A stretch of 64,000 nt of DNA from Antedon mediterranea (taxonomy: Eukaryota > Animalia > Echinodermata). Below the pieces are notes generated by a model that made no database searches, was not told the DNA's origin, and saw nothing but the letters and a program-made list of their open reading frames with translations. Both the position numbers and the translations under genes were made by a program. Shown piece after piece: positions 50,496-62,773 of the stretch; the first letter of the stretch is position 1; each line of letters opens with the position of its first letter. The stretch lies in the NCBI RefSeq assembly GCF_964355755.1, contig NC_092673.1, forward strand, positions 3,038,001 through 3,102,000, written 5' to 3'.

Positions 50496-52905
50496 ACATC
50501 AAAGCAAATGAAATATTGATAAATAAAATGTCAATAATTAAGAATAATTAACTAATAGCTTTTTGAAATAAAAATTACTGTAATATCCATAAGTGTATTC
50601 ACACCCATGTTGAGATTTCTATATTTTTTCTCGATTTGTTCATTAATTTTTAGAAATTACTTGAAAAAGTTGATAGTGCTATATTATATATTGTGTTATT
50701 TTCATTGAAAATCAGACTGGTAGAATTATCTGTTTTATTTGACCAGAAATAACCCTTAAATGACATATGTCAATGTTGATTTGCCAATATATTAAAACGG
50801 ATTTTAGTTAAACATTGTAATTCCATTCTTATATGTTACAAAATCCATTGATTTATTATCGTATTAAACCACAGAATCCTGATAAGCAAAATAAGATCTT
50901 TTTAAATCCTTCGAAAGCGTTATATATCTGTTAGAATCACCGATTTCTAGCGTTAGATAAGTTTATGTATTCCATTGTATTGTAAGTAAACCGGAGTTCA
51001 CAGTGTTTTATCGTGAAGGAATTACTTTATTTTTCAATTCCAGCGTGCTTATCAATTATCACCATAATCAATGAGTCTTGATCTTGTATTAAATTCAAGT
51101 GAATAACATGTGATGTTAAGCATAAAGAAATAACCTATTAAAACCATGTTCTGCCTTAATTGTTGAATGCGAAGTGTTGTGTTTGTTGTACATATTGGTT
51201 TTTCAATTGTTTACTGGTTAAATGAAGCGCAAACAACTGTGAACCTTCGGGCAGAAAATTACAACTTTATTCGCGCGATATTGAGTGTCAATCAAAAAAA
51301 AGAACAATTCATTTCTGTTTTTATTGCTGAATTTCACAGGAAGCGAAATGTAGAGATTTTGTGCAAGTTTTAACTCGTTCTATAGGTAGCCATGTTTCTT
51401 TAGTTTATGCTTCATAAGTTTATTGTTTAAATGCAAAAGCAGTTAAAAGAATTGGAGGCCCTACAAGTCTGGCTTTTAATTTTGTCAAACCAGCTGCATA
51501 ATCAGAATCACAGTATTTGTGTTACAGATGTATTTATTTATTCAATTTTTTCATTGAACGTAACAAAGTATAAAAGGTGTTATATTGTAGGGGTCCCAGA
51601 AGGGGCATCACACTCACAGTTCAATATATTGTGCACACACTAAAGACAGCGTTGTTTTTATCTTTTGAACATATCAAAATGAAACTAATGATTTATAGTG
51701 TGTTGTGCCCAAATATGGTAGTTATATGCCCAAATATGGTAGTGATATGACATCATCATAAAGTTTGATAGTTTAGACAGAGCTTTATAAATTGTATTCT
51801 TCAATGAAATATATATTTTATATGACTATATTCCAATGCTCAAGTAATTGCTAATTGCTAAACCAATTCAATAGCATTCAATATTGGTGTAGGCCTTTCC
51901 CCAGGACTAGGCCTTTCTCTTGTCATATTGGGTACATTTTTTTATAGTAGAGCATAAACTGTATAGGCCATATGTATAGATATTAATCAAAATAAAATTG
52001 ACAATACATATGCCTACTGAATTATACTGAAACAGTAACTTATCCTTATTTCTATTAATGATAATACAGTACATTATTTTCTTTCTTATTTTTCTTTTTA
52101 TCAACATACCGATACTGCATACATTTTTTCCATTAAAGTTTGATACTCACAGATTTATACAAACAATTGATAAGTCATTTAGGAGTATATAACTTTCCCA
52201 ATTTACTTTCACAGAAACGCTCTAAAGATAACATTCCAATATTGCTGTATTCAATTTTAATTCTTTGCTTCAAAAGATGTTAAGATTTGTTAAAGTCAAT
52301 CGGGTTCAAGTTTGTGCAAGCTATGTTTATCTAAGCTCTGATTTCCTAGGCCGTTGGGAAAGTGGTTTTCATGATTTTCATAAGCAAGCAGAATGGTTGC
52401 CTATTGACAATATTTGCCAATGGTGAACTTAAGCCTAAAGCTAAGTTTACTGACTGTTAGCCGGGTCATCTTGGTGCTCAATCTAAATTCAATGGTTCCT
52501 GTTTATATAAATAGGCGATTTAAAAGATGTTTCTCACAATAGATACTTAAAGATAATTCACTTAATGCCCCAAAGAACTCCAGGTGTATAGCTACATGTA
52601 GGGAGACATACCCACACAAACCAAAGGGGAATATTTTTATTTAAACTGCCTATATGTACTCGCATTAGCTGCCTTGTATGAATATCATAGACAGTGAAGT
52701 CAGAAAAAAAAACAAAAATACAGGTGTAATGTTTGGGAACATTTGAATATGTTTTATATTGCTCCTGTAGACTGCATGTAATGTCTTCAATTTTATTACC
52801 TCATTCAGATAATATTAGATAACTCACTTTGGACAAATTTGTTTTCCTACCCCAATGTGTGTAGAGAAAGGACACAGCAGGGAGACAAATTGGGACATGG
52901 ATTTA

Positions 52906-53064
52906 AGCTCCGTTTACACTATCAAACTTAATGTGAGAAAAAATGTGATGTGCCCATATATGGATATGATGAAAACTTATTACTATCATATTTGTGCATA
53001 TCAACACCGTATTTGGGCACATCACAGTTTTTTGTCACAGTAGTTTGATAGTGTAGACCGAGCT
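52906..53064. mobile_element. MITE family A copy
   Basis: Both TIRs, TTA TSD. A partial copy also lies at 51698-51784. Confidence 0.75.
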
Positions 53065-54082
53065 TTAGAAACACATCCAGTGTTTATTTGCCTCAGCAAT
53101 ACTGATGCCTTCAAATTGGTTTTAGATTCTTGAGAAGAAGAAAAACAAATACAAATATCGTGATTAAAAAACTAATTATTTTAGGCTTAGCACTAATGCT
53201 AGTGGATTAGCAGTGCTAGGTTACTAACTAGCTACCATACGTCACAGAAAAAAATCATTTATTCTATTCTGTGCTTTATTATGATAGATGGGTATTTTAA
53301 ACTCGTCTCATTTTGACCATTAATTGGCAATAAAAAAAACATGGTAATATATATAGTGTTGTTGTTTACAAGATTATTATTATAGATCTGGTTTTTGTTG
53401 TCATTTATCAACAATGTGAACTGCATTTTCACTCATAGATTTTAAAATTAAAAGATAAAATGGAATTGTATGGTATTTAAAAAGACAGTAGGCCTATATA
53501 AAAAAATGTATGATCATACACTAGTGTTTGCATAATATGCCTACATATTGTTGTACTGTATATACCGTACTGAGTAATACAACATATTGTATTTAATGAG
53601 AATTCACTAATAGGCTATTTGAAGAAAAATTAATCAAAATAAATGAATTAATCCAGATAAAGGTATAATTTGACCTTTTATTTGAAAACACACACATGTT
53701 TTAAGCTTTGTTTAAATATAAACTTGATCAAAGGCCTGCGATTGCCTATTACTGACCGTACGGGTGTCAATGACCATGTGTGCCAGTGACCATGTGACGT
53801 GTCAGTGACCATGGGCGTGTACAGGAGGCCTACCACAGAACCCCTGGCCAGTAACCATAGTAACTTCCTTTATTATGCTGACCATAGGTCATCTTAGGTG
53901 TACCACTACGCGTGAACCAGTTACCAGGCGTGGCATGTCTTATGGTGACCACAGTGACCAGTATTATTGTATAATTAACCTTGACCAACCTTATGACAGG
54001 TGTCCATTATCAAAAGGTGTGAGAAGGAGGATATTTGATAACCCAATTCAACACACACTCACACTTTCAGCTTCACTTTTTA

Positions 54083-54223
54083 GGCTCTGTCTACACTATA
54101 CTTTATGTGGCAAAAAATTGTGATGTGCCTATATATGGTAATGACATCATATCATATACCATATTTAAGCATATCACTACCATATTTGGGCACATCAAAC
54201 TTTGATAGTGTGTTGACAGAGCT
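54083..54223. mobile_element. MITE family A copy
   Basis: GGCTCTGTCTACACTAT ... GACAGAGCT, TTA on both flanks. Confidence 0.75.
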
Positions 54224-55979
54224 TTATACATAGGTTAGTGTTTTGTAACATGTGAAAAAACGTCATTATAATACCCGTATGCATAATAATGATAGGAAAA
54301 TCGTTGGACACACGCATTGCGTTCACACGATGATATTGTTTATGCGCGCGCATCAACGATGTATATGTAAATATTTTACACATTGATGTAATACTAATCA
54401 ATATCAAGTATGCTGATTATTGTACTTAAATAATTAATTGGTAATATATATTTTTTAGTACGCGTTGAATATACTTTTTGCAGACATTTTGTCGCCATCG
54501 ACGCATGAGAACGCGCGGCCGGTCAGTAGCAGCGTCTATCATTAATTCACTCTTGTGATGTCACATTAATGTTGACCTGCGACGCGCCAATTTCCCATAA
54601 AAAAAATCATAATCACTATCATTAAGATATACATTAATAATTAAACAATGTGATGCTAGACCAGGCCTCACCACCTCTAACCGATTCGTCACCAGAATGA
54701 GTTTAATAATTATGTCAATCATAATTGTGCGTGTTTGCTCTTCATATTATCACTTTTAACGACTTTAGACCTAACACATTTTTCTTTTAATTACTAAAAA
54801 TGCTGTATTTGGCTTTGTTGTATGTGTACCTCACATTCATTCAGGCCTACATATCACCAGACGTCGTTATTTGATGATTGTATTCAAGGGCTAGGCCTAC
54901 AGATGATCGGAAAGTTTATTCATATTCCTGACTTTATTCACATCATTTGTAGAACATTTACGACGTAGTATTTTTAGTTCTGAATTAATACATTCAGTGT
55001 ATAAACTTCACAAATGATTTCTGTGAGTTCTTTGTTAAGTTTGATAATCGCAAACAGAGATTACTACATTAATATGTTGATAACTGTGATCGTGCATTTT
55101 GAAGAGAAGCGTAGGCCTACATTTGAATTTGAACTTAGAGAGGTTATTTTATATAGGCCTATTGTTTCTTTGTGTTGTTACACACTATTATTCCTCATTA
55201 GTTCGTGTAGTTTTTAAAGAGTATTATGTGGTTACCACTCTCACCACGTACATTTCACATACGCGCGCGTGTAGTTTAGCTTTTCTTGACAACTTCTAAT
55301 ATAATTCCATCAACATCAGCAAATGTTACAACATTAGGACAGTCCGCGGTGATTTAGACTGGCGCACATCTCTTAATAAATGCACTATGTACTCCTTGCA
55401 ATGGCTTTGATGGAATTTATTATTTTTTATGATCTTATAATGAAAAACATACATAAAATGCGTTTCTCATAACAAAAATGCAGTGACGGAAAAAAACTTA
55501 AGAACCGCAATCGACGATATGAAAAATTGAGGTAACGAATACTAAACACCGTTACGTACCAAGCACTGCGTTGAACATTTACTTTTCCATCAATCTGCAT
55601 TTTTTGGCAGGTTATGCTTACCATACTTAATATTAAACAATAAATATGAAAGGGATATATTATATGAAAGTGAGTGACGTCACTTCAAAGGGGACACCAC
55701 ATGGCGAATACGATTAATATAATTTGCAACTTGGCGAAGTGTTTGTTTTAAATCGGTTGGTCAATTTGTCAGACAGGTGACCGAACGAAAGGTGACGGAA
55801 CCCATCTGAGTTCAGATCGAAATCAAAGTCTTCTGCTGCTGCTCAGGTTTGATCATTAAATAAAAAAGATGATGAATGTCGACAGTGTCACTCGTCTTCA
55901 GGAGCGATTACGTAAAAATGGTGTTGACGTTAAAAGCATCAATAAGTTGTTTTTCTCTAGACCATCAACCGTGTCGTTC

Positions 55980-56185
55980 GGTCGCCGCATGCTCATAATC
56001 TTCGTAATATTCGTCCTCATGTAGTCGGCATCTTTACCATTGTCGTCGTCATAACATTCGTCGTCGTCGTCGTCATAATATTCGTTGTCGTCTTAATATT
56101 CGTTGTCATAATATTCGTCGTCCTCATCTTCACCGTTTGTCGTATAGCCGTCGTCACATCTCCCCCGTCATTGTCATCATTATCA
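55980..56185. repeat. Low-complexity (GTC/ATC)-rich repeat
   Basis: Iterated TCGTCGTC and ATAATATTCGT units. Confidence 0.7.
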
Positions 56186-57624
56186 TGGTGTTATGTATCT
56201 AAATTACATTTTCACTATGCCTAATTATTCTCAAATAAATCTAATGATGATATTACGTTTTTTATTGTTTTATTTACCGTAATAAAAATTTACCGGTACA
56301 CAAAGGCCTGGGTGTAAAACTGAGTTTTTCAAACTTAGTTTAATCATTTACGCAAATGTATTAAATGGTAATTTCAAAACCCATCGCATGATTTAGAACT
56401 TTAAGCATGAATTGATAAACCAATATGGATCCCAGTAAATAGTCAATATGAGGTGAATTGATTGCAACAAAATAAATACGAGAATAGATTGTGGACACAA
56501 TTATGGCCTTGTCGGCAACCCGATGCTCGGTGCGCCCCAGGCACGACATACGAACACGAATTTGAACCAGGCTGAACCGTGTAAGCTGTTTCCAAACCAG
56601 TTATGATATTGCCAGCAGGGTGTAAAACAAATACATGTACTCTCGGATCAGCCTTCCGTCCCTTGATTGGTTTTGTCTGATTTCCGACGAGGAGATTGAA
56701 GTAGGATTCAGTTTGCATTTGCTGAACATGTGATTTGTCACCGAACGAAAGTTTTAAGTTTCTATTCGATACGTTTATGTTCACCGACCTAGATAGTTTT
56801 TGATTTGAGATAAGGTGCCGTGAAGATGAATTTAAACCCAAGCATCGAAGAAGTATGCGCTTTGGTGTCTAATTTGATTTCTCCGTTTACTAATTATTAT
56901 TACCGAGTTGTATTGGATTTAATTTGTCGATTTAGTTATAGCAGTGCTGAGCCCTGAACCAAACGTCCGATGTGTCCCCTTTTAGTTCCGTAATAAAATA
57001 TGAATTAATTTTTATAAAATTCCACTAAGGAATTATGAGTATGCTAGATATAATCTAAACAAATTTTAAATGTTATTATAAAACTCGAATTTTGCAGTAA
57101 ATTTAATTTTTAAAATGGTTATTGGATAGCTCTATCACCACTTCTTTTTTCTACTTTACTGAGGCAAAGTTTTTTTAAGATGTACTCTCGTATTCACGAC
57201 GGCGTACTACGTCATAGTTGGTTATTACAATGTAATAACAACAATTATTGTCAACGAACTTTTTGATTGTTTACAAAGTTTAAAACAACAAACGTTAAAA
57301 GGCATTTTATAAACTTCTTAAACACACAAAGCCTGCTTAACTTATCAATGCTGAATCAGCTTTTGAATAATTCCATGCCGTAGGCCTACAAACCACTCTT
57401 TTTCATTCACCGTTTGAAAAGCCCACAGATAACTTTTGTTTTTCACTTGTTCAGGCCAGGTGATGGTTATATACAAATAAATAAACATAACTTGCCACAA
57501 ATGCATTAGTCTGCCACCCCCGGGGACAGAACACATTCTTTATTGCGCCATGTGTTGTTGCATGGAGAAATAAGTTTACTTATTTCTGGTGCTGCAGTAG
57601 TACCGCGGTGTTTAATCCGTGTAA

Positions 57625-57988
57625 ATGCCAATTTACACAGACGAGCGGTATACGGTAAGCGGAAAACCACGTAGCCTGTACCACATAGAATCTGCATTTA
57701 TCCTGAGCGGAAAACGCCCCTCCTCCACTCCGCGTTGTGTGTAAATAGTCATAATGAATAGATTCTATATTTTTTACCGTTACCGCTCGCCTGTGTGATA
57801 ACGAGAAGCGGAATACCGCGTTATTGTACCGATATTGTCCCACGTATATATAATCTGTATCTATCCTAAGCTGGAATCTGTGTGTGTAAAAACGGTCATA
57901 AAGAATGATTTAGGGTGTTGTATAAACACGACCATAGATTCTATATCATTTTGTATTACCGTTACCGGGCGTCTGTGTAAATTGGCAT
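57625..57988. mobile_element. PIF/Harbinger MITE family C, 364 bp
   Basis: TIR ATGCCAATTTACACAGACG..CGGTA / TACCG..CGTCTGTGTAAATTGGCAT with perfect TAA TSD and internal subterminal repeats. Confidence 0.8.
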
Positions 57989-58659
57989 TAAAACATCACG
58001 CACACCGTCTGACATTTATGAATTTTCTATACTTATGAGCCGTGACGAAAACAAACATCTTGGATGTATTTTTGTCTTATGTGTTGATAATCTCACCTGA
58101 TACAACAACTACATGCCGATACATTTTTGAATAGCTGATAATGAACCGCTGTTGCGAACCGACGAGTGAGATGATTTTGCAATGTTATTCTGTATGATGT
58201 TTAAAGATCGATAGGTATGGTAATCAAAATGGCAATAGACCTGTCATGATGGGAGATACAAGTCAAACTGAACCGACGACGGTAATAATATCTACGTATT
58301 ACGGTACGTGTTTTGCAGCAGCAAGGGCGCGATGTACCGCATCAAAGAATACCGTAACGACACGCATAATAAAACATTAATTTTAACATACTATTATGAT
58401 CAATTTTTCACACTTAACATACCGGGAGATTGCCTTTCCTAGAAGGTCACTGAAGGAGGCCTAGCGTAATTTGTCAACTTGACACGTTTTAATGCGCCTT
58501 TAATAAATCTTCTAATTTGTCAAATAGTTTTAGTATAATTACCCTCGTTTATGTGTTATATCTTTAGTTGGCTTATCCCTTACTTAATGGTTTAATCACT
58601 GGTTGCTTGTTGTATTAAAATATGTCTGAGTGCTGTCATCTAGTTTCTCCAAGTTTAAT

Positions 58660-58880
58660 AATATAATAATATAATATCCTGGATTTATATAACGCCTAAT
58701 GTTGTGAAACCTCTAAGCGCTGTACATATAAACTAATACGATAAAATGGTCCAACCATGCCAAAAAAAAACCCCCCACAAACCGAAGTAACGGGATACGC
58801 CAGGAAACGGTCTAATAATTGAACCCCGGTCAGCATTAATTGTGTTTCAGTCATCCCGGATTCAGGCGCCTCCTGCCCTA
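58660..58880 (-). mobile_element. L2-tailed retroposon (SINE or LINE) 3' relic
   Basis: Minus strand TGTACAGCGCTTAGAG...GGCGTTATATAAATCC..ATATTATATTATT resembles the L2 tails at 13938-14006 and 5419-5475. Confidence 0.55.
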
Positions 58881-61800
58881 CACAAACTAGATCTGAAACA
58901 GTCTAATCTCACTGTACATACAAAATTTATTTTTTAAATGTATGGTGTTATTTTTGGAAAGCTACGTTAAAAAATTCAGTTATCATGCACGATACATTCA
59001 CCATATCCGTATTAATTTTTGGATGGATGTTGATTTGTATTAATTTGCCATGTGATTGATTGATTGATTGATCAGTTAATTTACTTTTAATCGATTTATT
59101 GTCTAATTTTATTACAAATTAGCCTTGTAAAAAACTTTATTGCTGGTCTTTAAAAGTAAAAATGCATTGACAGAAATCGAGAAGTGCGACAGAAGTGATT
59201 AGTCGGAACACATCACCCTCAACTAATCCATCTGTTATCATACCAGCCTCGGTAATGGCAGTGGTTTGGTAGTCTAAACAATTGCGGTGTGTCACAAAGG
59301 CCTGTCTTCTCATCTAAAGGTGAGGGCCAAGGATCCACGGGTGATCAACATTTTTAGGCCTAGCGGAAATATAAATAAACCATGCGCGTTGAGTTGCTAC
59401 AGGCCTGATGCTTGTTTTCCGGCTGACGATCTCATCATCGCCTCTGGTAGGTCTAGCTTATTATTATAAAATATTTATCATATTGTGATTTTTGTTATTC
59501 ATATGAGCTGCTATTATTAAGTAGACGTCAAACCTCTTGTGATGTTCCTGTATTAGGATGCATTATGTTTTACTTGATTAGCGCACATTACATAAATACT
59601 TGGCGGTGAATCAAAGCGGCAACGATAAAGAATACAATGACCAATTGACTTAAAAGACTGGAATCTAGGCTACGGAATGAATGAAGTAGACAGCATCAAT
59701 CAAAAAGTCTTTTATTACAGAGAATGATATGAAAATATTAATATTCAACGATTGATACTGATGCATTTACACACATTCGATGGGTTTTTAGATTTTTTCC
59801 GCCAGCTTCAAGTACTATGATGGTATCGGTTTAAAAAATGAAATTTCATATTCCTTTGTTGCGCGGTTAAATTGCGCCAACCTTTTGGCCCAAAGAGTAC
59901 GTTTAGCCTAGTTACGAGGTACAGAAACATATTGCGGTTGTGATTACTGTGCCACAAGGTAAAAGTTGTTTTTTAGTGTAGGTCGATTTCGAATTTTACC
60001 GTATATATAGGCCTAATTAAGCATGGTATCGATTCAGAAGGTGTGACGTGACTGTTTCTAACAACCACAACCACCTCATTCTTTGAATCTTGTCTGCATT
60101 TTTGGGGGTGAACAGAATATGTGCGTGGAAAGCCTCACGATGAGTGAAAGTTAGTTCGTTTACAATGTTCTTAATCTTTTGACCAATCAAAGGCGTTGTC
60201 GTTTATTAGGACGTCGTGGGACGTATGCCGTTTTAATTAAAATGTAAAATGAAATGTAAATGGCATTTACCGTCCTACTGCGATATTCTATAAAATGATA
60301 TGGATCAAAATACATTTTGACGTTTCATGCAACTTTGAGTCGTGTTTTGGGTAGATTCCAGACATGTTTAAACACCAAAATGGCCGAGGGTGTCTTGTAT
60401 ATTCATAGCTTAGACAGGTACGCTCGGCAGGTACATGTGAACAACGACATGTTTAGCATAACCTTTGCATAAACAAAATGGAAGAAGCAGCCCAAAGTGA
60501 GGATATGTTATCACAAGAGAATGGAATAGTTATTCCACCAGTTAATGATGAGGTTGAACTTACCTGACCCCATTTATCATGCGCGCATCTCTGTCACGGT
60601 CGGGATTTCACGGGTAATTTCTCATCATACCGTCTTGGCTTCGTAAATGTGATTTTTAATGGTTAAGCCTCTATGAAATGATGCTAAAAATCGCATGTCG
60701 ATTTATCTTCTTCACGTATTATTTTTGATTACAGTTTCTTATGCCCTAAGATTGGATTACATGGACACAGAGTGAAGAGAGAATTTATGTGAACACACAG
60801 TTTAGCAAAACGGAATATAGCCGGTTCGATTGGCCGGCTTAAAACGAATAAATATAAAATAAAACAATATATTTAGTTCAAATATTACGATATTCATGAA
60901 CTCTGTGAAGTTATGTTACACTAATAAAATACGTTTAACCCCTTCCTCTTCATTCACTTAATGATAATTCTACACATATTTCAATACATTTTCTCAATTT
61001 ATTTTTTAGGCCTAAAATAGTGGTTAAAATTGTATTATGAATACAAAATGTAGGCCAAGGACTAGCAAGATACAAATATCAATCAATGTATTCAGTCGTT
61101 TAATATTGACTTCTTTCTATATGTAATATTGCTTCTTTCATTTTTTTAAAACTGGCACGAATCTAAAATTTCCTTCATTGAATACGTGTATCGTATTTGA
61201 TCATCATACCCGTTAGGTAATTCATTGCTTGCGATTCGCTTTAAAACTTAAAGATCCGTTTTTGAAATTTGCGGACATAGAAAAACATATTGACTAATGA
61301 ACCGACTGCGAGGGATAATTGACCATGTTTCTTCATCGACCGATTATGTATTGTTTTTTAGATTCTGTATGATTAACTGGAACTGAATAAAAAGTTAACT
61401 ATTCATTAGAAACATGTAAACCAGCTGCAAGTTATTTTTGACATGATAAATTGTGTAATATACAGGGTTTCTCGGTATATATCATTTCATTAGTTATAAA
61501 GTGTCATTACCGTGGTTAATGTGACATACTTTAAGGTAATCGTTTGAACATGATTGTGATGTGTGCTGTTCTCCTCGGCAGGTGTATAGGTACTTGAAAT
61601 GCGCGCATGTTTTTGACCTTTGGGGCGTACCATAGTTGAATGAATAATAGTCGGGACTGTAATTTTTCTTTCCGATTGACGATTCGATCAGATAACTACC
61701 GGTACCGCTACGGAGCATTATGTGATGTTCAAACGGTGAAATAATGAATAACGCTCATCATACTTGTATGGTAGACCTACCATAATAGCTAGCATTATAA

Positions 61801-62623
61801 TGTGTGAATGACTAGGCCCACTAAAGTAGTACTGTTATTTTGTTTGCGAAGTCACTGGTTCGAATCTTGTCATAAACAGATAAGCCTACACTTTATTGAG
61901 TAGGCCTATATTACTAGTTAATAATTTATTTTTGTTTAAATATTGAGGCGGAAAGGAATAACGTAGGCCTTTATAGGCTAATAATAGGCCTATCACAACT
62001 ATATAGCCTAAAATACGAGACTAAATACGGTAAACAAACGTTCGATGATGCGAATGTGTCTGCACCATCGTTATGTCACACAAACATGCAATATTATAAA
62101 AGTTGTGTAGGAAGTTTTTATTTCTCATTAAGGGTCATCAAAGGTTGATCGATTTATGTATATTTATCACTTCAGAATTTTCTCCAGGCTAACATTTAAC
62201 TACCTCACACCAATTAAAAAAATGTTTTCGAATGCGAAATATTGATATTTCAATTAATGTAAAACAAAATATGTCATTCACAATACGACTATTTTTATAA
62301 ATAATTATGATTGTAAATACGATAATCATTGCTCACGAGCTAGCTACAAGATTGGATCACTACAACAACATCTGTAGATTATGGACATTAAGAAATAACT
62401 ACACTAAAAGTTGTGATGACGTCATATTAAGAAAGCTCAGACCATTTATCGTGAAACAACATGAGACGTTTTAAAAGTTTGATGACGTCACAAATTTAAG
62501 AAAGCTCGGGGCACGAAACTTCAACTGACAATATTGGGTAGCATATGTGTGATACGGTGGTATTTATCAGCGACACTCAAAACCACGTGTCGTATTTAAA
62601 AAAAACAATACCAGTTACCTTTA

Positions 62624-62773
62624 AGCTCTGTCTACACTGTCAAACTAGTTTGACAAAAAAGTGTGCCCAAATATGGTAGTGATATGCCAAAATATGGTAG
62701 TGATATGACATCATCATGTATACCGGTATATAATCACATCACATTTTTTTGTCACATAAAGTTTGGCAGAGCT
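62624..62773. mobile_element. MITE family A copy
   Basis: Left TIR intact, right TIR partly deleted. Confidence 0.75.
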
